Source: Cetorhinus maximus
Lineage: Eukaryota
Reading direction: 5' to 3'
Assembly (NCBI RefSeq): GCF_964194155.1
Contig: NC_135887.1
Span: forward strand, 40,486,001 to 40,550,000
Length of the DNA stretch: 64,000 nt
In this document: positions 1 through 13,796 of the stretch, in pieces
Layout: every line of letters starts with the position of its first letter
How positions within the stretch are numbered: the first letter of the stretch is position 1
The notes under the pieces: generated by a model
Database searches by the model: none
Seen by the model: only the letters and a program-made list of their open reading frames with translations
Told to the model about the DNA's origin: nothing
Program-made: the position numbers and the translations under genes

Positions 1-2300
1 ATCATTGGGGGAAATATTTTTCCACACAGTACGCGGACATGCATTAATTCTCTGGGCGGACATCTGCTACTTATGTGGCCCACGTGGGATTCCCATTTGA
101 TATGGGGAAACCCGCGTGGCTTTGTTTTTATTTGTCCTTGGTATGTGAGAACACATGAGATAGGGACAAGGGTAGACCATTTAAGGCCCGTGGGCATTGC
201 TAGCCGCCAGCATTTATTGCCCATCCCTAATTGCCCTTGAGCTGATGGTGGTGAGCCGCTGCCTTGAATCACTGCAGACATTTTGGAGTATGTACACCCG
301 CCGTATTACAGTACACCCCCCATGATACAGTAGTGACCCATGGTGCTGACTGACCCTGGAGTATTTACATAGTTGTGTAGTGACGCTCCAAGCTATTCGA
401 ATGAATTTTCCCACCAATCGTCTTCTCTATGTGACCTTCCTCTCTGCATGATGTACGTCCATCATGCATGGTATAATGTGAGAGGGAAATATCTGTCATA
501 CTGAAAGCCTGCAATAGGTTATTGAGGCAACAGAATAAATGTTAAGAGGTGTTTGTCCATAATATGTTCTCCATAAAACAGGCTGCTTGGCCCATTCAAT
601 CATATTCCTTTCCTTTCCTTAAAGGAGATCCTGCTTAGCTGCATGTTGACCCAGAGACTTCATTGTTTATTTTGTGATGTCCTCAAGTTTCCGACTGCAG
701 CTATTCAAATCTTCACAATGCTGCATCCATTGGCTGTCTATCAGCTGAGGGAATGGTTATTGAGTTTGCTTAAATAGAATCTGTGGACAACCCCATAACT
801 ACCCCTTGTTATCTGCTTTTTCTAGAGAAGGAAGGGCAAGATCAAAAGCTGTTTAGACAGCCAGGATTTTTCAACATTGTTGTCACAGAATTTTGCCCTG
901 TAAAAAGACCTCACTAAGTAGAGCACAATAGAAAACAGATAGCAGCAGCCAGTGTCAGAGGGCAACCATGCAATATGAGATGTTATCCACAAGGAATTGG
1001 GCAAATAACAGTAGTGAAAAGGAAAATTATAACACATAGTTAAGTGCCTAAAACAGGCAAGGCATAACACTTACCTGTGCATGTTCCCAATAACCTGGCA
1101 TTATTCCCCTTGGCCCAGACACACATCACCCATAAATGCAACAGCATTTCTCCGCAGCTACCTTAATATTCCTCATTCCAAGGGAACCATTAAGAACAAC
1201 TCATTTTTTAAATTAAATATTATTGTATGTGGTGCAGGTATTCACTGTTGACCTTTAGTAAAAGCATATAGTATGTATCTTCAGCATCCTGTGTGCTTTT
1301 TCTAAATGTTTTCTCCTTTGGGAGGAGGAAGTGAGGTAGTTGGCTGATAGGTGTTGGTGCTTGCCCTAGGGATGGAGGAAGTCTCATTACCTACTTGTAC
1401 TGGGTCAGTAAATGGCCCTGTTTACTGCTGATGTTGATGTGATGACTGCCTGAACATGTATGCAACATAATATATATGATCATTTGCATAGGGTAGTTGG
1501 GTGATAAAAATGCAGCTTTGGAGACAGCAACTTTCATCTATGTTAAATCCATCAAGGTGAAACTGATGTAAGTTGGAGGCCCAAGTTTCTTGAGTTTCAG
1601 TCATAGCGTTCGCTGTGACTGTGGCTCAACTTATGTAGCTAAGAGTGGCCTCCTTTACAGGGGCATTGGATTGGACATTCTTTCCATTAGGGTTCTCAGC
1701 TCAGCCATGCAGATATGGTTGTGGACTGTTCCATAGATCATCCCAAATGGCACAGTCTGTTTGGCTTTCCCTCACATGACTGCATGAACTGCTGTTACTA
1801 AGCTGGATAACTGGTAGGTCCTGAAAGTTGCACATACCTGTGTGGTGCATGTCACTGTACGGGTAAGTCGAGCAAGAAGCGCTCAGTTGAAGGTACGTAT
1901 TTTGCCCTATAATGTCTCTTGAGAATTTATAGAAGCAGAGGAATGGGTTAAAAATGCTGTTATCCCTTGAATAAAAGCTTATATGGCAAGACATTGCAAC
2001 AAATTCTGTTGCAGTATATGCATGCTAATGGGGGAGTAAAGGGAATAAGAAGATAAAATTATATAAATGAGACAAAGGATTATACTGACCATGAGCTTGA
2101 GGAAAACCTGTTACAAATTCAGGTCCTTATCAGGTTCAGTGTTGCCAGTAAATCCCTGAATCAGCCTGAGTGCCCTTTTATGGGAGCTAGCTCACAGGAA
2201 TCTATTCATATGGCACTGAAATCTGGGGTAGTAACAATAGGATTCCCTGGCAATCTATATTTCTTCAATTTCTCAGTCAGCAGCAATGTTAACATTTTTT

Positions 2301-2633
2301 AAAAATTCTTTCATGGGATGTGGGTGTCGCTGGCAAAGCCAGCATTTGTTGCCCAAGCCTAAGTGCCCCTTGAACTGAGTGGCTTGCTAGGCCATTTCAG
2401 AGGGCAGTTAAGAGTCAACCACATGGCTGTGGGTCTGGAGTCACATGTAGACCAGACCAGGTAAGGATGGCAGATTTCCTTCCTTAATTGTCATGGTCAC
2501 CATCACTGAAACTAGCTTTATACTCCAGACTTTTTACTAATTGAATTTAAATTCCACCAGCTGCCATGGTGGGATTTGAACCCATGTCTGGATTACTAAT
2601 CCAGTGACTTTACTATTACACCACTGTCTCCCC
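2301..2633 (-). mobile_element. tRNA-derived SINE made of the family A head and tail
   Basis: A-box-like TGGTGTAATAG (2613-2623) and B-box GGTTCAAATCC (2572-2582); body matches 24158-24400 and tail matches 21200-21267. Confidence 0.85.
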
Positions 2634-2669
2634 AACCTTTGGTTTGATTTGTAAATTGTTTGCCTTCAG

Positions 2670-3315
2670 TTTTTATTTCATAGGATGTAGGCATTGTTGG
2701 AAAGACTGGCATTTATTGCACTTAGAAAGCAGAGGTTGAAAGGTCAGCCATCTGTAGAGAGAAACAGATTTAATACTTCAGATTGATGACCCTTCATCAG
2801 AACAGGGTCATCGAACAGGAATGTTAACTCTGTTTCTCTCCACAGATCCTGCTTGACCTGCTCCGTATTTCTGGCAGTTTTTTGTTTTTATTTTTGATTT
2901 CCAGCATCTGCAGTATTTTGCTTTCATGTTGAAGTAGTAGTGGTTGGCCTTTTTGAACCACTTGTAGCAATTTGATATAACTGTGGCCTGCTAGACTACT
3001 TCATAAGGTAATTAAGAGTCAGCCACATTGGTGTAGATCTGGAGTTACACGTAGGCCAGACTAGGTGAGGGTGGCAGAGATGGGTTGTTGGCTGTTCCAC
3101 GAATCTCCCTAAACTGACTGCTTGACTTAATAAAGGACATTAGGGAATCAGTTGGGTTTTTACAACAATCCAACAGATTCATGGTCACTTTTACTAATGC
3201 CAGTTTAATTATTACTAGATTTTTTTCTAATTATTTCAAATTCTCAAACTGCCAGGGAGGGATTTGAAGTTATATTTGCTGCGTTGCTAATCTGGTACAA
3301 AACCACTACACTATG
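2670..3315 (-). mobile_element. Older family A SINE copy interrupted by a Penelope-like terminal fragment (~2745-2925)
   Basis: Head and body at ~2935-3315, tail at ~2670-2720, matching the 2301-2633 element. Confidence 0.65.
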
Positions 3316-3984
3316 ATACTAAGGTAGATATGATCAGAATTTCACATAATTAAAAAAAGAACACGCACTACTGTCTCCCTTTAAGTGGTAGTATTACTAA
3401 ACTGAAACAGAATAATCCCTCTGCACCCTATCCTGCAGCTCAGGACAGATTCATTCTCCCTGCAGTCTTCTGTACTTTTAACCTTCTTGCAGCACTCTGC
3501 TGCTTAACTGACTTTTATGTCTGTGAATCTTTTTTTAAAAATTCTATTCCAGTGCCAACTTTTAGTCAAAAAACCGATGACCCTCCTACAGGGCTAGCAA
3601 GTCTAATTTGGCGCTGAGCTGAAAGGTGAGTGTGAATAGTCACTGGGATGTCAAATCATCTTTCATTCTGGGATGAACTCTAATACATGCTTACCAGGAT
3701 TGCTGGCTTTTGAATTAACCCCCTTAAAGCAAGTATTAACTTAAAAAGCACATTTTAAAATTGTTCATATCTCGATTTTTTTTCTGTGGCAAAATGGTCA
3801 AAAATCCAGAACTGGGACTGCTGCAGCTGCCCAGTCAACTCCCTGTATTGACTCCAAGCCTGCATCTGATACTCTTCTGTTAGGGGGTCACAGCTATAGA
3901 ACAGTACATACTGCCATCTGTATTGTGCCAACTTGTTGTGCAACAGGTAGAAAGAAGACATGTGTTGAAAAGTAGAACCTGACT

Positions 3985-4575
3985 GCAACAGCTTGCATTT
4001 ATATAGCACCTTTAACTTGGTAAAATGTCCTTGGGTGCTTCACAGGGGCATTAACAAACAAAACTTGACACTGGGTCACATATGGAGATATATGGGCAGA
4101 TAGTCAAAGACATAGCTTTTAAGCAGTGTCTTAAAAGAGCAAAGAGAGGTGGAGAGGTTTAGGGAGGGTAATTGAGAGTTTAGTTTCTTGGCAGCTGAAG
4201 GCACAACCACCAGCGGCGAAGCAATTAAAATTGGAGAATCTTAAGAAGCCAGAATTGGAGGAGCGCAGATATCTCAGAAGGTTGTAGGGATGATTCAGGT
4301 TACACAGATAGGAAGGAGCAGAGCTATGGAGGGATTTGAAAACAAGGATGAGAATTTTAAAATCGAGACATTGAGCAACAAAAAATTAGTGTGGCTCAGT
4401 GGGAAAAAGGGGCGATGAGATTAGGATAGAGGCGATGGAGTTTTGGATGAGTTTAGGTTTATCAAGGATAGAAGATGGGACTCCCCAACCAGGAGTGCAT
4501 TGGAATAGTCAAATCTGGAGATGACAAAGGCGTTGATGAGAGTTTCAGGAGTAGATGATGCATGGCAGAGTTGGG
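3985..4575 (-). mobile_element. L2-like LINE 3' fragment
   Basis: CAACAGCTTGCATTTATATAGCACCTTTAAC..GTGCTTCACAG is the reverse complement of an L2-type 3' end; purine-rich body. Confidence 0.7.
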
Positions 4576-4814
4576 GTCGAGACATGTGTGCCACTCAAGT
4601 ACCTGAAGCAGGCTATCCAACCAGGCAGCCTGCCAAAGGATTTTGTGAAACCCGCAAGATTTCATAGATCTTAAGCAGGTATCTCCTGCTTAAAAGCACA
4701 TTCTAATAGCACGCTTTCGTTTTAGTGTGATTTGTAATTTAGGGTCGTACCCTAAATAGCATTCTTTCCATTTTCATTTTAGTGCAGTTACTCAGTATGC
4801 TTTTAAAAACAAAC

Positions 4815-5480
4815 TGCCACCTCCCTCCTGTTCACCACCATCCCCCTCCAACCGTCCTGTTCACCACCCCGACCCTCCTGCTCGCCATCTCACCTGACCT
4901 TTCTGCTCACCACCTCCCCACAACCCTCCCACTCACTGAATCTTCCACTTGCCCCACTCATCACTCCCCTCCCCGACCTTCCTGCTCACTGCTTCCCTCC
5001 CACTCATCACTTACCTCCTTGATTCTGCTAGTCCCTGCCCCCGACTCTCCCACTCGCCGCCTCCACCCCGACCTTCCAGCTTGCCGCCTCCACACCCGAC
5101 CCTCCCGCTCATCGCCTCCCCCCAGAGCTCCTTCACTTGCCGTCTCCCGCCCTGCTCCCTCTCTCGCACTCGCAGCCGCTCTTGCTCCTTTGCTTGCCTC
5201 CTCCCTCTCCTGAGTGTTCAGGAAAGGAGAGAGGAGTGGGAGAGGAAAGTGGTGAGCAAGAGGATTGGTGAGCAAGAGGGCTGGAGGGGGAAGCACTGAG
5301 CAGGAGTGTCAGGGAGGGAATCGACGAGCTGGAAGATCAGGGAGGGAAATGCCAAACGAGAGGGTTGGGGAGGGAAGCACTGAGCAGAAAGGTTGTGGAG
5401 GGAAGCAGTAAACGTAAGGTTCGGTGAGCAGGGGGCTTGGTGAATGGGAAGCGGTGAGCTGGAGACATAAGGTGGCAAGC
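4815..5480. repeat. Low-complexity C-rich then G-rich tract
   Basis: Pyrimidine-rich 4815-5210 switches abruptly to purine-rich 5220-5480; GG(G/A)AGGGAAGCA-like units recur in the second half. Confidence 0.7.
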
Positions 5481-5884
5481 ACAAGGTAAGTATAAAGAGT
5501 TTTTAAGTTATTAAGAGTTTAAGTATGAAGAGTCACACTTGCCACTACACAGATAGATGTAGATTTGTCTGCTCTTGTAAGTGAGAGCAGTTGTCCACAC
5601 TGTTCACGCTAAAGGTGGTATGCATTGTTTGTATATTGTTCATATTTGTAAATGTTCTTCATATCTAACCCTTCAATTATTATTTGTGTGCTTGTGCTTC
5701 GTATATCTTGTTACTACATATGAGAGATCATGTTTCACTTGGCTGTAAAAATATTTCATTTTAGAATTGCAGCCCAAGAGTGTGTGCCTAAGGTAAAATG
5801 TGGCAGCTTTGTGATTATAATTTGGGCAGTCCTGGTCTAAAGCATGTTGACTGAATTTGTGAGCATGTGGGTTTTAAGTTTTAA

Positions 5885-6300
5885 GTTGGTCCTATAGTAA
5901 TATTTGTGCCTCTGAGTCAGAAGGTTGTGGTTTCAAGTCTCATTCCAGGACTAGATTAACACTTGAGGGTGGTCCTGAGAGTGTTGCATTGTTGGAGCTG
6001 CTGCCTTTAGAGTGAGACATTTATCTGAGACTTCATCTGCCTATTTAGGTGGATGTAGAAGATTCCATTGCTTTGTTAGATAGAGAGCATGGAATTTTCT
6101 TCCAGTGCTCTGGCCAAAATTTTTTCCTCAATTATTACCATTAAAACAGATTACCATTTATTATATTGTTTTTTGTGGCACTATTGTGTGCACAAATTGA
6201 CTGCAAATTTGCCTGCAAAATAATCATGATTGCACTTCAACAAATAATCCATTAGTTGTGTAGCATTTTGGAACATCATAAGGATGTGATGTACAAGTTC
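5885..6300 (+). mobile_element. DeuSINE-like (SacSINE1-type) SINE
   Basis: GCCTCTGAGTCAGAAGGTTGTGGTTTCAAGTC head and AGGTGGATGTAGAAGATTCCAT..CTGGCCAA..AAAACAGATTA..CAAATTG body, matched from memory; further minus remnants at ~18775-19020 and ~45830-46075. Confidence 0.65.
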
Positions 6301-6495
6301 TTTCATTTAAATTTATGTTGGTATCTTGTTATTTGTTGCTTGCCATATATACTGGGTTATATTGCCATACCGTAATACATACTGTTGAAATAAAGCCCGG
6401 GTATACTTGCACATTTGGAAAGTATGTGAACAATTTAAAATTACCTCTTATATAACTTCAGCAATATTTTTCCCGTTTTCCCTTTCATTCTGCAG

Positions 6496-6552
6496 CTTAA
6501 CCTACAAAGTGTAACTGCTAAGACACAAGTGGCCTTTCTGGAAGAACTCTAA
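6496..6552 (+). CDS. Probable terminal coding exon of an upstream gene (possibly TMEM248)
   Basis: Strong acceptor TTTTTCCCGTTTTCCCTTTCATTCTGCAG; LNLQSVTAKTQVAFLEEL then TAA, loosely like the human TMEM248 end VALAEA; human order is TMEM248(+), SBDS(-), TYW1(+). No upstream exon recognised in the window. Confidence 0.5.
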   Translation, partial: LNLQSVTAKTQVAFLEEL

Positions 6553-8450
6553 CATCCTCAACACTGGACTGTCCAGCCTGGGAATGAGTTTGATGATGAC
6601 CTTTCTGCATTCCAGAGCCATCACACAAAAGAAGTTGGATTTAGCAAAGCGTTCTTAATGAATTTCAGCTGCTAGTTTTGTAAGGGACGTTGATACTGCT
6701 TCAGAATATGCAAATATAACCATTTGAACATGAAGAAAGACATGTTTTAGTAGCTCAGTAAACACGAGCACACTAAATGGAAATGGTGTTTATGGTTCTC
6801 AGTTATAACACTAAACATTGGTCCCTTTGCTGTTTATTTTAAAAGCAGCAACTATAGGCTAATGGAATCCCTTTAGGCTTTCTAATGGAATATGTAGCTC
6901 ATAGACTGTTTAAAAATTCATTGATCAATTCACCAAGTAAGCAGTTCACCCAATTAACACACATTCGAGTGCCTTATCATCATTATTTTCACTGCTCCTT
7001 ATATCTTTATTTTCGTTACGGCAAAATATCATGTTTCACATTTATCAGTGTCCTGCTTCTTATTTCAAAAATGACCATCAGTTTACACATTGTTATGGTT
7101 GTTATTTCACACTCCTTTTGTTGTACTTTATTGATGATATTTAGAAATTCTTCCAAATCAATATGTGTCATATAATTGCTGCATATATATAATCTTCACA
7201 GCAGTTGAAAATACCTTTTATTAGCTACATTAACGTTGGTGACTATCAGCTATCCAATCCTCATGATCATTGCACACAAACATATAAAGGATATTCAAAT
7301 CCAAGTCATTTTTGATTAAGTTGAATTATTTTTATGCTGTCGTGAAATACTGAACACAGGTGGCCAAACTTGTTACAGTTAAAAATATTTGAGACAATTG
7401 AACTGGTGATTACAGAATTTCTTTAAACCATAGTTTAACTTTCAAGTCTCGCAAATTATAAAATCTGATTCCATCTTTCCTGTAACTGGATGATTTTGTT
7501 CATTCAGCTTCATTATGGGGCTAATGGATGTACGGCTATTGTTTTTAAATCCTTTTTTTGATCTAAAACTCTACATTTTATTCCTATTCAAAGTTCTGTT
7601 ATTGGTTAAAGAGGTACAAAAGAATGAATCCTCAAACTAAAATTGTAACACAGTCACAAGACAGGAAAAGGATTCAAGTTGGGCTTGCATAAATGACATT
7701 CATATTTGGCCCTGGCAAGAGGAGAGCTTGTTGGTCCCTGTTGGATTGCTTAATGGACTGAAGAAAACAGCAATTTTTGCATGATCTACTAAGGAATGTG
7801 CATCTTTGCAGAGCTTCAGTTGTGGGAGTGCCCAAACTTCACAAAGAACTAAGATCATGTTTTTGTCAGGAGTAGGGGGAGAAAATACTAAGAAAGAAAT
7901 GTCAAACTATTAAAAATCCAGGGTTCTTTAATGGAGAAGAGCCCATATGTAAATCAGCAGAAGAAACAAATAACTGCTTATTGAGCACAAGACAGAGAGG
8001 AAGTTGAGTTGAACTTTATTCTGTGTAAGTGTCTGGTGCTTTTAATAGTCCATGCTTATTGCTGCTTGACAATAAATGTTAGCAACAATGAGTGCAAAAC
8101 TGATTAAAAGCCTGTTTAAATTGCATCTGAATTTTACTTCTTGTAGATAATCTGTACTCTCTCTTGTAGAAGTTACAATAACAGTTAATGACAGTTTAGT
8201 TTCATAGTGAACTAAATTACATGCAATTTAATTGCAATTTTGGTTCAATTCTTGATAAAAGAGAAGTTTTGAAAACTCTAAGCATGTAAACATATTGACT
8301 GGCATATCACTGTGTATTCTTTCAATGTTGCTCAATTTTTGATGAATAGCACAACAAGGTGAAGGGAAAAGAAATGGTGTGCTTTACATTCTGTGAGGCT
8401 CCAAGCAAACTTAACTGAAACTGCCACAAAACTCACTTTCAATAAAGGAG
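6553..8450 (+). other. Probable long 3'UTR of the upstream gene
   Basis: ~1.9 kb AT-rich stretch with no recognisable repeats in a repeat-dense window; AATAAA at 8071-8076 and 8441-8446. Confidence 0.45.
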
Positions 8451-9816
8451 CGTCCATTCCTGTGACAACCCATCAGCAGCTGTAATTTTCCCAAAGACTC
8501 AGAAATTAAACATTAAATTTATTTTAAAAATTATATCATCCAAAATAATTGATAATTTTGTGGCTTCCTTGTTCAGTGGTAAACACATCATATGGTGTAG
8601 TACTGAATCGTTCTAACTCCTGCTCTGTGGTGTTAGCTCATTTTAGCTTGAGTGATAAAGGGTACTAGAGTTAGCTTCAATGCTCCAAGGCTAGAGCCCA
8701 AGCAGGGGGGGGATCTTCTGATATGCTGAGCAAAGAAAGATAATGCTGGAATTACACATCTATACAATTACATCAGTATCTAAAATGAAAATACAGGTTA
8801 ACATTTCATGTGTAACCTATTTGTCTGTTGATGGCTTATTGGCAAAATACTGTACACAGTATAAAGTGAGCTGACAGAAGGTTCCATGTTTGATTCCTAG
8901 ACTTTGCTGATTTCAGCCATATATGTAGTTGAGGTGTGAGAATTGGCATCAGCACCAACTGAGAGTTACCGAACAGGAAGTAAAAAAAATCAGGATTGCT
9001 ACTCCTGGTTGGTGTCCAGTGACCTATAATCTGTGCATGTTAATGTTACAGGAAGATAGTTTTGTGCTGGCTTTCTCAAACAGGCCACTGACATGTATAG
9101 AATGAATCACTTGGATGAGGTGCTGGAGGACTGTTACCCTGGGGAGCTTCAAGGTGAGCAGATTGATGGAAAATTATAGAATAAAGGCATTGAGAATGTC
9201 CAGTTTTTCCAGCATGCTGGTAATGTGAAACTAATGGATTACAATTCTCGAGTATGCCAAGGATTCCCACAAAGGCCTCTCTATACCACTGAGTGCATTA
9301 TAAAATTATAAAACATGTTGAGTTTTTTTTTGTAGATTGCAGCATCTTTACCATATTTTAAACTGTTATCAATTACACTCCTTCCAACGTGTTAAGAACT
9401 AGACAATTCCTTCTGCACTGTGAATACTATATTCATACCTAGAATCATAGAATGGTTATGGCACGGAAGGTCGTCATTCAGCCTGTTGTCTGTGCTGGCT
9501 TTCTGAAGGAGTAATTCACTTGAGGAAACAAAGTCAGAAGAGTGATCAGATTAGAAAGTGAGGGGAGAAAACTGAAGCTATTAAGATATGATGTAAGAAT
9601 GGACGAAAGTCAACTACCATTTAAATTCCTTATTTTTGATTAATGAACCTATGATATCTTCAAAAGCCTGTGTTAAATAATTTAACATCTTATACCTCGC
9701 CATAGCACCCTTCTGCTGATCTACACACTAATATTTACATTATTGGATGATCCGTGCATTTGAGATTACTTGAATTAAATTTTGAAAGCCATTGACAACT
9801 GATTATTTAAAAGGTG

Positions 9817-9985
9817 TATAAAAGCAAAATACTGCAGATGCTGGAAATCTGAAATAAAAACAGAAAATGACAAAAAAACTCTGAAGAAGAGTTTTCCAAA
9901 TGGACTCGAAATGTTAATTCTGTTTCTCTCTCCACAGATACTGTCAGACCTGCTGAGTTTTTCCATCGTTTTCTGTTTTTATTTA
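9817..9985. mobile_element. P1 terminal-repeat fragments in inverted arrangement
   Basis: AAAAGCAAAATACTGCAGATGCTGGAAATCTG (minus piece) followed by CTGAAGAAGAG..GGACTCGAAATGTTAA..CCACAGAT (plus piece). Confidence 0.8.
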
Positions 9986-10807
9986 AAAGTTGTATATTAT
10001 TGACCAGCACGCCACACCTTTAAATAAATCACACTTCTTCCTCCTTTCCTTCACCTTCATGAAGCGCCTTGGAACACTTTAATGTTACTGTTGCTTGTTC
10101 AGCAGTTGACCTTCAATTCACAGTCAAATTTACACTTGGTTTATCCTTAAAATAACTTTTTTTGCATAATTTTCTGCCTTTTCTGTTTCGAGCATTGGGG
10201 TGCATATATATTTTCTCATTTGTTTTTCATTTCTTAGGAAGCAGCTGCACCTGTATTTTTTTATGCATTTTTGTTATTTTTGAGAATTTCTGCAAACTTC
10301 CTTACACCTGTATCAGGAAATAAGGGAGGGTATGCTGTAAATTTATGATTTGTATATTCCTGAACTATTACTGCTCAAAATAAACTTATCTTCAATTATT
10401 TGATTGCATTTCCAATATCTTTATTACATATCCCCCATCTACTAGAATGATATGAAGTGACTTCTTAAATTTTACATGCCTTTTACCTTTTCTCTGCACA
10501 TTTAGATATTCCTATTAGAGCCACTGCAGGATAGATTGATGAGAGATATTCCTCATCAATCCACAGTGGATTGCAGAAACGAGTGAAAAGATTTGGTTGG
10601 TGCACAACTATATTGTTTCTTAGCTGCCCCAAACCTGTCCTGCTTACCATGTTATAAAAATCCCACACACCCCTTGTAACACACGTATTTTTTTCAGTAT
10701 AAAAAATTAGTTATGCAATTAAACACTTACTTTTGTTTTACTTACAACTTAAATACTATCCTTCAGTCTTTCCACTTTGACTGAGATCCTCTCTTTCCTC
10801 CACACTC

Positions 10808-11340
10808 TAATTGGACTAGTCATATAAATACTGTTGCTACAAGAGCAGATCGGAAGCTAGGAGTACTGCAGCGAGTAACTCGCCTCCTGTCTCCTCAAAG
10901 CCTGTCTACCATCTACAAGGCATAAGTCAGGAGTGTAATAGAATACTTTCCACTTGCCTGGATGAGTGCAGCTCCAATAACACTCAAGAAGCTTGACACC
11001 ATCCAGGGCAAAGCAGCCCGCTTGCTTGGCACCTTGTCCACGAGCATTCACTTCCTCCACCACGGCGCACAGTGGCAGCACTGTGTACCATCTACAAGAT
11101 GCACTGTAGAAACTCACCAAGGTTCCTTTGACAGCACCTTCCAAACCCATGACTGCTACCAATTAGAAGGACAAGGGCAGCAGACACAAGGGAACACAAC
11201 CCGGAAGTTCCCCTCCCTAACAGCACTGGACTGCAGTGTTTCAAGAAGGCAGCTCACCACCACCTTCTCAAGGGCAATTAGGATGGGCAATAAATGCTGG
11301 TCTAGCCAATAATGCCCACATCCCATGAATGAATAAATAA
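10808..11340 (+). mobile_element. Family A LINE 3' fragment
   Basis: MSAAPITLKKLDTIQGKAARL and tail CCCACATCCCATGAATGAAT. Confidence 0.88.
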
Positions 11341-13796
11341 CAAAACAAATGACCAGAGACATCTCATAATTAGCCTTCCAACTTGCAAATTCTTTCTACC
11401 TTGAGCATTTTTCAAAAAAATGTATATACTGTATAAATATGGCACTGGACACGATTGTAATTCCCAATGATATAGCGAACAATAAGTAATTCAATTGGAG
11501 ATGGCAGGCGTTGTATTTCTATGTTTGCTTAATGCAAACTTACCATTCACTCACAAGACATAAACTAAACATAGGTTTGGTTTAATTGAAGATGTAGTGC
11601 AGGATTGCTCAGCAGACGGATTTGCTATAAAGATTCAACAGCTATTGTTAGCAGGAAAATGCAGTTGCAACTCCTTCACACCACATGCTGCCAGCCAAAC
11701 AGAAAGCTACTCAGTATAACGCCTGCTGAACACTTGGTTTACATCCTGGCTACTTACACATTAGCATATTCTAAAAGTGATATCACAACAGCGGCTCGGA
11801 GAGTGAAATCATAAGCATCGGGTGATACTAAGGAGAAATAAGTGCGAAGAAATGCATGAACATGGAGAATTTTGCCTACTGAGCTAACGCACATAATCAT
11901 GTGGGGAAATGAGATGAAACATTCTCTCGTATCAGTTCTCAGCACTGTTCACTGGGCAAAGACTCAGCATCTTAGTTCCTTGCCCTAGCTCCTGTCTTGT
12001 CCCAGGCTATCCCTCAGTGCATTGCACTCGAGAATCGACAGGTGCTGCCTCTTGTATAGACTGGCTTGCCTATCTTCTCTACCTCTTTATCCTTCAATCC
12101 AAACCTGTGAAAACAAAAAGGAGGCCCCAGCTCTGATTCACACTCATTGGATGGCATCCCTGGATTGACAGGGCATCTTAACTGCTGCTTGTCCTGATTC
12201 TAATTGGTCTATTATCACGTGAATTTTTTTTCTGTACATTCCGTTTTTTTTTGGCAGACCTCTAAAAACTTTCTTGTGAACCCCTGATGTAAAGAATTAA
12301 AAGAAGTAATATTTTATATATGTTGATGGGATTTTCTATTTAAATACATATTGTTTGGATGTAACCTTCTTCCTGTAGTGCTTGCCAGTTTTTATTGTTT
12401 TTCTCTATAAATAGGACCATCTGGATTAGTTAGTAAAAACTCCAGTACAGGCACTGACTATTGGATAACACTAGAGCATGTTTTCCTCTTAGCTCTGACT
12501 CTAACATATTGGATTTTCTACTGTAAGTTAGCTGGGGAAGCAGCTTATTACTTAACTATGAGTGTCTTATCTATTTGATATTAATTCTTCACTTGGAAGT
12601 ACCTATTTCTGCCACCCTGTCTGTCATTTCTGTTTGTGTTCAGTTCTAATTTAATGGCCTGATAATAGCTCTTTTTTTATTTCTATTGCCCTCTCACCTC
12701 ATTTACTTCTCTCTTTTCCTTTCACTCCTACCCTATGCCCTCTCCCACTGCTTTGCTTCTCTTTCTTTCATAGGTTAAAAATATGGTGTTGTCTGATGCA
12801 TAGTTCACTATCATCAAAGCCACCAATTCACGAAGTAAGTCAAATTCTGTTCTATCGAATCAGCAGGAAATGTGACACTTGCAGGCATTGTTTCATTTAT
12901 GTAAGACTTTCAATGTTTATAATATTTATAAATCTTGCCCCTACACTTTCTGCAGTCCATCCCTAAGGCTTCAAAGTCTCTTAATTGTTGAGGATTCATA
13001 CACTTGCCCTTGGGCATTCATGCTCGGAGAGACAGTTACAAATATGACAGTAGGTGCAGTGAGGACAAAACTTTCCTGTCACAGAGTGACAATGGACTAA
13101 ACAATGACTTTCCATCTGCCGCACATCCTGGAAAATCATTTTCAGTGTTTGAAAATAGGTATGGTGCTTGCTAACCATTTTGTTCAGAGGAAGGTCAATG
13201 AGCCATTGTTCAAAGGGCTGTCTCTTGGGATTGGCAGGCTCCATTTAAATTTGCCATTGATCTGTCTCTTATTCAGGTGCTCTGTGACCAAATCTTCATC
13301 TCCACCATCTTACTCCTTTGGGAGAATCACTCCAGCCCGATGATGGAGCGAATAGAAAAAATTGGCATGCCTGAAACTGTAGGCCTATGCTCATACATAA
13401 AGGGAAAAATATAATTTCTTCCTGCTCCTCTTGTTCTTGTCATTCATCACCAGTAAAGAGGTTACAATGAATTGTATGCACTCATAAAAAGGCAGAATTG
13501 CAGGAGTAGCAAGTTGTGTGATGGGGCGATGAAAGTTAGCCTGTGCTGCTCAAGCAAGATGGAAATTCAAGGCAGAAAAGATGTAGCCACAACTGGGAGA
13601 AGCTTAACTTAAATTGCTGATTGCTAGTGCAGAGTGCCTCCTAGGCCACTGGAAAATTTGGGATACTCGTCAGTGAACCAGCTGCTTAATGTCAGGGATT
13701 CCCTGCCACTACCCATTCCTGACCCCTGTCTCTCTGAGAAATGAAAAGCCATCTTACCCCTGCAAGGACAAGACAGTATGAAAGGTTTGTGCTTTT

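Noticed and set aside
826-917. Possible exon after TTTTTCTAG containing EFCPVK, reminiscent of TMEM248 EFCPEK
   Set aside because: The surrounding residues do not match, there is no transmembrane segment, and the frame ends in a stop without a donor.
2572-2633. tRNA gene
   Set aside because: A/B boxes continue into a dispersed repeat body and tail and no convincing cloverleaf was seen; it is a SINE head, as is the one ending at 17706.
4782-5484. Overlapping Pro/Ser-rich and Gly/Arg-rich ORFs
   Set aside because: Low-complexity sequence depleted of stop codons on both strands.
11520-13400. Possible very old LINE remnants
   Set aside because: No diagnostic motif could be read with confidence; left unannotated.
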